In this document: positions 36,489 to 45,008 of the stretch, one piece after another
How the letters are laid out: each line of letters opens with the position of its first letter
Numbering within the stretch: the stretch's first letter is position 1
NCBI RefSeq assembly: GCF_001194135.2
Contig: NC_068981.1
Coordinates: forward strand, 197,942,863-197,987,870
Source of the DNA: Octopus bimaculoides
Lineage: Eukaryota
Length of the DNA: 45,008 bases
Direction of reading: 5' to 3'
The notes under the pieces: model-generated
The model's input: the letters and a program-made list of their open reading frames with translations, nothing else
What the model was told of the DNA's origin: nothing
Database searches by the model: none
Program-made: the position numbers and the translations under genes

Positions 36489-36744
36489 TTAACATAAATG
36501 GCCCCTTTCATTGGTAAACAGTCACGAATAGTTGAAATCCTTACGTTTAGTCATCCACTGCAAAATATATTCTTGCAGGGTTTTTTATTTGTTTTGTCTC
36601 TAAAATTAATCATAATATTCTACAAACGTTCAGGTCTCTCAATGGATACCTGATTGGTGCTGCAAAAGTTTCTTTTGGTTTTGCAAAGATTCTGAAATTT
36701 CTTTAAATGCAACACCCTTGCTTTCTCTCTTTCACATATATGGT

Positions 36745-37150
36745 GCCAGTGTAGGTGTGTGGTTAAGAACTTTGTTTTCCCAATCATATGGTTACATGTT
36801 CAGTTTCACCTTGGTCAAGTGCCTTCTGCTATAGCCCAAGTCCAACCAAAGATTTGTGTGTGGATTTGGTTAATGGAAACTGTATGTATGTGTGTGTGTG
36901 TGTGTGTATTAGTGTCTTCTTTCTTTGATGTCCTGTGATAGTTGTAAGCATGTGTCAGCATTATACAAGTGGTGTCGTTTGTTTCCAGTCTTCCATGAAA
37001 ACATGTCTGGCCACAGGTGGAAATCTTGCCTTCCTTGGAAGCAGGGGAGGGGTGGTGACAGGAAGGGTATCTAGTTGTAGAAAATTTGGCTCCACAAATT
37101 CCATTCAACCCATCTGTGCAAGGTAAAGTGGATGTGAAACTATTGATGAT
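36745..37150 (+). mobile_element. SINE with family A head but an alternative, RTE-like tail (tail 2)
   Basis: Degenerate A head, (TG)n, then a body shared with ~40000-40240 ending GGAAGGGTATCTAGTTGTAGAAAAT...CCCATCTGTGCAAGGTAAAGTGGATGTGAAAC..GATGATG. Confidence 0.65.
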
Positions 37151-39689
37151 GCTGTATTGGTAGCAAGGCCGTTTTATGAAACTAGTACAACAATCTCTGT
37201 TAGTTAACATTCATAGAAAAGTGCAATTAATACTCACATTTGTTTGTTTTTTTTTTAGCTTAAGTATGTACTCTGTGTAAAAATAGATTCAAGTTTTGTA
37301 GCACCCCCCCCCCCCNNNNNNNNNNNNNNNNNNNNNNNNNNNNNNNNNNNNNNNNNNNNNNNNNNNNNNNNNNNNNNNNNNNNNNNNNNACACACACACA
37401 TCCGCCTTAAGTAAACAAACAAAATTAGATATATCACTTTTATATTTTACAAGTTTGTTTCTCAAGAATTAGAATCTGTTCATGTTTGCTTTTTTTTTTC
37501 CCCATTGTGACACACAATAAGCAAGTTGGCGGAGACCCACTTGTTTCCACTCCAACTGTGCCATTCACCTCTTTACCAAAAACATTCTTTCAACAACAAC
37601 CTTCACTTTTTTAATCAATTCCACAGCATCTTATCATGGCCATAGTTTCACCCTTTCTATCCTGTTTATTTTCTACTTTATTTGGCAATTCTTCATCCAT
37701 CAACTGCTTTGCTATGAAGTTTGCTTCCTAACCACAAGGTTTGAAGTTCAATCTGACTGCACAGCAACTTGGACATGTGTTTTCTACAATAGCCCCAGGT
37801 CAATCAGAGCCTTGGAAGCAAATGTGGTAGATTAGAAATTGAAAGTAGCCTGTTGTGTGTACACACGCACACTCACACACACACACACATACACACAAAC
37901 CACTAAAGATTATTTTTAAAAAGTGTTGGTGTGAGTAGAGAATAGAGGGGAAAGCTCTTGACTAAAGCGGAAGTTATAGAGCTGCAATTATTAGGCAGAA
38001 TGGTGCCACCCAGGATGTTAATCACCTCTCCACCACTCCATTCTTTCTAATTATTCTTGCTTATCTTAATTATTCCTTGCTGAAATAAAACCATAAGTAT
38101 TGTCGTACCAGATAAACAAGTTGTACCATGAATAAAGCTTTGGTTTTGCTTTTTCAAAAAGGCTCAACCAACTGTAGAATGACTCAGTCCTCTGCAGATT
38201 TCTCTGGGATTGTTCCCATCTTAATTCTTGTACAAATGAAATTAACAATATCATTTATGGATTATTTTGAACAACAACAGATGATATACAGTTGACTGTA
38301 TTTCATATATTTTCCAAGGACATAATCTTTCAATTCAGCTGACTACAGTTAGGAATTGGTGGCTTTCATTCCCACTTTTAACTGTCCCATTGTTTTCTCA
38401 GTGAACTCAGAACCACATTGTCTTATGTCTTCTTGTTTTTTTTTCAATTGGTAAGTTATTATTTAAGAAAGATTTGGCTGCTATTCTTAGCAGAGTGGTA
38501 GTAGCAGGGGCAACTGCAAAAATGTTCTCTCGTTAGCTTGTTTGATTACCTGTTGCATCTATTTCTTGTCACTTTATGCGGTCATCATAATTACTGGTGT
38601 CATTGACAGTAGTCAATTGTTCAGCTGTCACTAAAAACTAGTGTCATTGACTTTGGTACATTTGTCCAGCTGTATTTTATATCCTTTTATATGTTGGATA
38701 TACAGATTTCATGAAGTGTGTGTGTGTGTGTGGGGGGGGTAGACACAACTGTCTTCATACAACATACTTCAAATTACTCCAATAAATACAAACTCTCAAA
38801 CACTCTCAACGACTCTTACGACTTCTCTCGTCTCAACCAATGTTACTTTTAATAAGAGTTTGGCTAGTCCATTCTTCCAATCCCACAGGGGTGTCAGTAA
38901 CTCTCACCACAACAGTGTATAATGGCTGTCATTCTTACAGTTGTATATTAACTGACAAGAAATATCCACATGGAATCTATTTAGGTTTCTGATATAAAAA
39001 GATATTCAAAACTCTAAATATGCAACTTACTCTCACCAAATGAAATTTTCTGATTACTTAAATTTTTTAATTTCTTAAGCATAAATCAAAACTATTGAAA
39101 AGGTTGCAAGACGCAACAAACATTTTAGAAAAATAAAAATAAGAAATAAGTGGAAATTTTACCAGTGAGTGTGTTAAATAATAAGGTACTAAAAGAGAAC
39201 GACTCTCCCCAGACACAACAGAATATGCTTCAACACACGAATTCACATAAAGAATCTTGCAAGCCAAATCCCAAACCGAAATAATTTTACAAATCTGCAG
39301 CTCTTTGATGTTGCATATTAAAGCTGCTAGTGAGAGAGAAGGCGATGGAGGTGATTGAGATGATCAATGAACAGCAGTGATCAATAAACGAAGCGGGAGA
39401 ACAGGAATGTATGAAGTTTATTGGTAATCACTTTAAACTGTTGTGTGTGGCCAGAGAGAAGAGATCTGGTGTCAACCTCAGTGGAGTATGGAGAATAGTG
39501 CTGCTCCCTTGACTATCTTCACTGTCTTCTCAGGTGGCCAATGCACGCTACCAGCATTCGTTATGAAAGACAGCTTATTAGTGACATATAGTGATTGAGT
39601 GTAAAGTTAAGGCGCTGGATTATGAGTTCATTCCTTGCTATGGCTAGTTATATACTTCTTGCTGTGTTCGTGGTCGTTGCCAGTGTCGC

Positions 39690-39925
39690 TTGACTGACTC
39701 CTGTGCCGCTGACATGTAAAAAGCACCATTCAAGCCTGGTCGATGCCAGTGCTGCCTGACTGGCACAAAAAAGCACCCACTACACTCTTGGAGTGGTTGG
39801 CATTAGGAAGGGCGTCCAGCTGTAGAAACTTTGCCAGATCAGATTGAGCCTGGTGTAGCCATCTGGTTCACTAGTCCTCAGTCAAACTGTCCAACCGAAG
39901 CAGACGTTAACGATGATGATGATGA
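39690..39925 (+). mobile_element. RTE-type LINE 3' tail (family C)
   Basis: GGTTGGCATTAGGAAGGGCGTCCAGCTGTAGAAAC...GACGTTAACGATGATGATGAT. Confidence 0.85.
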
Positions 39926-41069
39926 TGTGTGTGTGTGTACATATACACACACACACACACACATGTATATGGAGTGGAGTAGTGTGATGTGTGTGTGTGT
40001 GTTACTGTTTCCTTGTTTTGACATTTAGTGATAGTCAGTGTCATGTGAGAGCATTGTCCTTTGTTTCCAGTTTTCCATGACACAACCTGTCTGGCCCTGG
40101 GGGGTGGGGAGGGAATATAATATTACCTTACCTAAAGATAGTTTGAAGGTTGGCAACAGGGAGAGCATCCTACTGTAGAAGGTATGCCTCAGTGGGTTCC
40201 ATCTGACCTATGCAAGCGTGGAAAAGTGGATGTTAAAATGATGGGGGTTAATGAAGTGGCATTAATTTGGCCATATTAACGAAGTAACATTAATTTCTCA
40301 TTTCTGTAAGGATGTTGGAAATAATGACTCTGCTTTATGTTGCGGTTAATGGTTGAAGCCTTGAAAACAGACATCATCATCATTGTCATCATCAATAATG
40401 CAGCATCTAAACCTTATGGTTGTGGCTGTACTTTTGCTCCAGCATGATCACAGCCCTTTACTGGCATCAGTAAAAGTAATGGATGGTCTCTTTTCTTTAC
40501 AACAGCTTTTAAAGTCAATGGAATTCCTGTCATGCATCGATGAGGATTAAGTTGTTCAATTGAGTGAGTTACCTGCCCTTGAATTAAAATGCGGCTGGCT
40601 GAGTATTCTGTAGACACTCATGTCCTCTTAATGCAATTCTCAAGTGGTGTTAGTGTAACATGGTATGCATTACAGTACAATGCACTTGTTGACCTCCCAG
40701 TCTCTTTCTGTCTACTGAATTCTATCGAATAAGCTCTGAGACATTTGCCACAGATGCCATGCACGGATTGAACCCGGCACCTCATCATTGCAAAACAAAC
40801 TTGATAACCTATTGACACCTAACACTCCATTACACANNNNNNNNNNCACCAGCACTTTGCTGCCAACACGTCTCTTATTTTATTTTTATGAAACTATTTC
40901 TCAACAGGGGCAGGCGATGGCTGTGTGGTATGAAAATTGCTTTCCCAAGTACATGGTTCTGGGTTCAGTCTCACCTCAGGCAAGTGCCTTGGACTATAGC
41001 CTCAGGCTAATCAGACCTTTCTGAGTGGATTTGGTAGAAAGAAACTGAAAGAAGCCTGTCGTATCCTTA

Positions 41070-41350
41070 TCATTGTTTAACGTCTGTTTTCCATGCTGGC
41101 ATGGGTTGGACGGTTTGATTGAGGTCTGGAAGGCCAGTGGCTGCACCAGGCTCCAGTCTGATCTGGCAGTGTTTTTACGGCTGGATGCCCTTCCTAATGC
41201 CAACCACTCCGGGAGTGAAGTGGCTGCTTTTACGTGCCATCGGCACAGGAGCCAGTCGGACAGACCTGGCATCAATTACATTCAGATAGTGCTTTTTACG
41301 TGCCACCGGCATGGTGGTGGTGGTGGTGGGGTATGGGCATTTACCTGACA
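41070..41350 (-). mobile_element. RTE-type LINE 3' tail (family C)
   Basis: TCATTGTTTAACGTCTGTTTTCCATGCTGGCATGGGTTGGACGG on +. Confidence 0.85.
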
Positions 41351-41767
41351 CCAGTATCTACCGCCATTTGACTAAAATTGTTCAGGGCAGTGCTCCAGCC
41401 GGGCTGCATTCTAATGACTGAAACAAGTAAAAGAAAAATGTTTTCTTCCCTGTCATTCCTGTCTGTGCTCTGTTGAATCTATTTGTTGACTGCAAATGTA
41501 GCAACCATGACAACAGCAGCAGCAGCAGTTGTGCAACTACTTTTGGATGGTGAAGTGATGATATTTTCAATCTCCTTGCTTGATGTTGTTTGTTTTCCTT
41601 CTGTAGTTTTGTGGTCACATAATGCTTTATATTGGATAAGTAAAACATGAATATGCACTTGCACACCACAGAGATACAAATGTATGACTGTAGGCATGTC
41701 TATAGGTATGTACATACCTACATACTTATGTAAGTATATACCTACATACGTAAGTGCATACATACAT

Positions 41768-42458
41768 GGTTGGTTGGCACTCCATCGGTTACGAGGGCAG
41801 GGTTCCAGTTGATCCGATCAACGAAATAGCCTGCTCGTGAAATTAACGTGCAAGTGGCTGAGCACTCCACAGACATGTGTACCCTTAACGTAGTTCTCGG
41901 GGATATTCAGCGTGACACAGAGTGTAACAAGGTTGACCGTTTGAAATATAGGTACAACAGAAACAGGAAGAAAGAGTGAGAGAAAGTTGTGGTGAAAGAG
42001 TACAGCAGGGTNNNNNNNNNNNNNNNNNNNNNNNNNNNNNNNNNNNATTCAGCGTGACACAGAGTGTAACAAGGTTGACCGTTTGAAATACAGGTACAAC
42101 AGAAACAACTTGATACCTCTGTAATTATTCCTATCTAATGTGTCACCTTTACCTTTATAGCAGTTGACTATGGTGCTGCTACACCAGGCATTGGGTATGA
42201 CTCCTTCGTGTATCACCTGGTTAACTATATGGGAGACTAGGCTATAGCCGACACTGCCAGATATTTTGAGCATCTCTGCAGTGATTCCTGATGGGCCGGG
42301 GGCTTTCCCTGTCTTCATACTCCCCTGCCGGAGCCTCGTGGAGCTTTAGGTGTTTTCGTTCAATAAACACTCACAACACCTGGTCTGGGAATCAAAACCG
42401 CGATCCTACGACCGAGAGTCCGCTGCCATAACATAACCACTGGGCCATTGCACCTCCA
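41768..42458 (-). mobile_element. tRNA-derived SINE (family E), interrupted by an N-gap and a LINE-derived piece
   Basis: Minus-strand head GGAGGTGCAATGGCCCAGTGGTT...GGTTTTGATTCCC; body continues at 41768-42011. Confidence 0.65.
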
Positions 42459-42639
42459 CCATATATACATACATACATGCATACATAATACATACATACA
42501 TTCATACATACACACGCACCACATATAAAGCCATACTGCCCCATACACATATTTACACCAGCACATACACTGACACATCTTTCACATACCACATCATACG
42601 CATACGTAGCAACAAGCACATATCCACACACACGCACCT

Positions 42640-45008
42640 ATGCCTTTTCTACATACTGAGCAGGGCCATCTACCTGAAGGGATTTGTGGTTTTTCTGCCT
42701 TCCTACTTATTAGGACTTTGGTTTTAGCTAGGTTGACTCTAAGGCCCTTCGATTCTAGTCCTTGCTTCCACACCTGAAACTTCTCTTCTAGTTCTGATAG
42801 TGACTCAGCAATTAGTGCAAGGTCATCAACATAGAGGAGCTCCCAGGGGCATCCTGTCTTGAATTCCTCTGTTATTGNNNNNNNNNNNNNNNNNNNNNNN
42901 NNNNNNNNNNNNNNNNNNNNNNNNNNNNNNNNNNNNNNNNNNNNNNNNNNNNNNNNNNNNNNNNNNNNNNNNNNNNNNNNNNNNNNNNNNNNNNNNNNNN
43001 NNNNNNNNNNNNNNNNNNNNNNNNNNNNNNNNNNNNNNNNNNNNNNNNNNNNNNNNNNNNNNNNNNNNNNNNNNNNNNNNNNNNNNNNNNNNNNNNNNNN
43101 NNNNNNNNNNNNNNNNNNNNNNNNNNNNNNNNNNNNNNNNNNNNNNNNNNNNNNNNNNNNNNNNNNNNNNNNNNNNNNNNNNNNNNNNNNNNNNNNNNNN
43201 NNNNNNNNNNNNNNNNNNNNNNNNNNNNNNNNNNNNNNNNNNNNNNNNNNNNNNNNNNNNNNNNNNNNNNNNNNNNNNNNNNNNNNNNNNNNNNNNNNNN
43301 NNNNNNNNNNNNNNNNNNNNNNNNNNNNNNNNNNNNNNNNNNNNNNNNNNNNNNNNNNNNNNNNNNNNNNNNNTCACTCCCTAATTAGTTGGGCTATGAC
43401 CCTCTCCGTGACCTTCATTACCTGATCCAACAACTTGATACCTCTGTAATTATTCCTATCTAATGTGTCACTTTTACCTTTATAGCAGTTGACTATGGTG
43501 CTGCTACACCAGGCATTGGGTATGACTCCTTCGTGTATCACCTGGTTAACTATATGGGAGACTAGGCTATAGCCGACACTGCCAGATATTTTGAGCATCT
43601 CTGCAGTGATTCCTGATGGGCCGGGGGCTTTCCCTGTCTTCATACTCTTAATTGCTTTATCTACCATGGTACTATCAACTCGGATAGCTGGTTCCTCTGT
43701 TGGGTCGACGTTTGGCAGACTCTCTTCCTCCCATTCATTCTCTTTATTAAGCAGCCTTTCATAGTGGCGTCTCCAAACCTCGTTCTTTGCAGCCATGTTT
43801 AGTGCAAGTGAACCACCATCCATGCAGATACAGTTCTCTCCTACGACATCACGATTCTCTCTCACACACTGTCTTACAGCATGAAACACCTCAAGTCTTT
43901 GGTCCTCACTGCGCAGAACATTGGCAAATCTTTTCTTATCTGCTTCCCCTCTGGCTAGATAAACCTGTCTCCTAGCTTCCCTTCTGGCAGTCTGATACAA
44001 TTCCCTGCTACCACCGTTCTTCCAGTCCTTCCAAGCCTGTTTATTTTCTCTAATAGCCCTGTCAACCACATTGTTCCACCACCACATTATCTTTGGTCGA
44101 GAGGGGACTTTGCACCATCCACAGATCTGGTCAGTGGCCCTCAGCAGGCTCTCCCATAGAAACTTCTAGTTGTCTTCCACATCATGTGATGCTATATCCC
44201 TTTCTATTTCATCAAAGGCTTCGTGTAATAGGTCTCTAAATCTCTGTCCATTTGCAGGATCTTTGAGCTTCCGGACCCTTCTCCTCCATGCTGATCGTCT
44301 TCTGGGTATCCATTTAGCCCTCATCCTGAAGTCGTTAACTACTAGTCTATGTTGAGAGGTACATTCTTTGCTTGGGAAGGTTTTGGCATTTATATGCAGC
44401 CATCTTTCCCTTTTTCTGGCAAGGATGTAGTCAATTTGACTAGTGTGTCTGCCAGAACAGTAGGTGACTAGGTGACTGGCAGGTTTCCTGAAGTTGGTAT
44501 TGCAAACCATAAGATCATTTGCATGGCAGAACTCCAGCAGCCTGGTTCCCTCCTCATTTTGGGAACCAAAACCATAGCCTCCATGTACACCATGGAAGCC
44601 CCCTGCATGTTGTCCAACATGTCCATTGAAGTCACCAGCCACAAAGAGAAGGTCCCTGTCATTCGTCAACGAGGTAGTCTGCAAGAGGGTGTCATAAAAT
44701 TGGTCTTTCTGTCCATTGGGTAGCCCCGGTTGAAGAGCATAGGCCAAGATAATGGTTGCTAACCCATGATGAAGCACTAATCTAATCTTAAGTATTCTGT
44801 CGCATGCTCTGACTACCTCGATTACCTTATCCACCCATTTCTCTGCAAGAAGTATACCCACGCCCCTGACCCCGTCAGTGTTCTCTGCCCAGGAAATCTT
44901 GTACCTGTGTTCCTTGCCTGTGAGGGACCTAGCGGAACCTCCTCTCCACCTTACTTCCTGGGTGCAGCACAAATCTACGCGTCTCCATTCAAGCATCTCA
45001 ACAATCTC
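42640..45008 (-). mobile_element. RTE-superfamily LINE: APE endonuclease + RT, pseudogenised, 5' end beyond the window
   Basis: ORF 44166-44996 has APE motifs (QEVRW, AGDFNGHVG, QIDYIL, SQHRLV). ORF 43374-44087 has KAPGPSG...CWKG-like YKGK...NYRGIKLLDQVMKVTERV. After gap 42878-43373 it reads PWELLYVDDLALIAES...GLRVNLAKTKVL...WPCSVCRKG. Disrupted between the ORFs and truncated at ~42640. Confidence 0.95.

Noticed and set aside
38402-38450. 49-nt segment with a strong acceptor and GTAAGT donor
   Set aside because: Contains a T-run, encodes nothing PX-like and changes phase; at most a cryptic exon.
38593-38673. Two diverged 44-bp tandem units (ACTRGTGTCATTGAC...CAGCTGT)
   Set aside because: Only two copies and no structure; an ordinary local duplication, not CRISPR-like.

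Overview
Eukaryotic, not prokaryotic. This is AT-rich, microsatellite-dense DNA with about 12 N-gaps. The SINE, LINE and MITE families look like an octopus or other coleoid cephalopod draft assembly; that is inferred from repeat content, not verified. One host-gene coding exon is supported: a + strand PX-domain exon at 5700-5958 resembling PXDC1 and ending in a phase-1 GT donor. I could not identify exon 2 in the following 39 kb, so most of the window is probably one large intron. That intron holds several tRNA-derived SINE families, many 5'-truncated RTE-type LINE tails, and remnants of R4/Dong-like, RTE, L1/Tx1 and CR1 LINEs. It also has a mariner transposase fragment, piggyBac-type TTAA MITEs, and a comparatively well-preserved RTE-type LINE at the right edge. 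The most interesting signal is a ~480-bp head-to-head palindrome at 32651-33131. Each arm is a tRNA-headed SINE whose tail carries a decayed minimal type-I hammerhead ribozyme motif of the Penelope/retrozyme kind. A 106-nt near-perfect fold-back hairpin in otherwise unique intronic sequence (35282-35387) is the second-best candidate. Repeat boundaries are read by eye (about +/-20 bp unless stated). No CRISPR, rRNA or genuine tRNA genes are supported.
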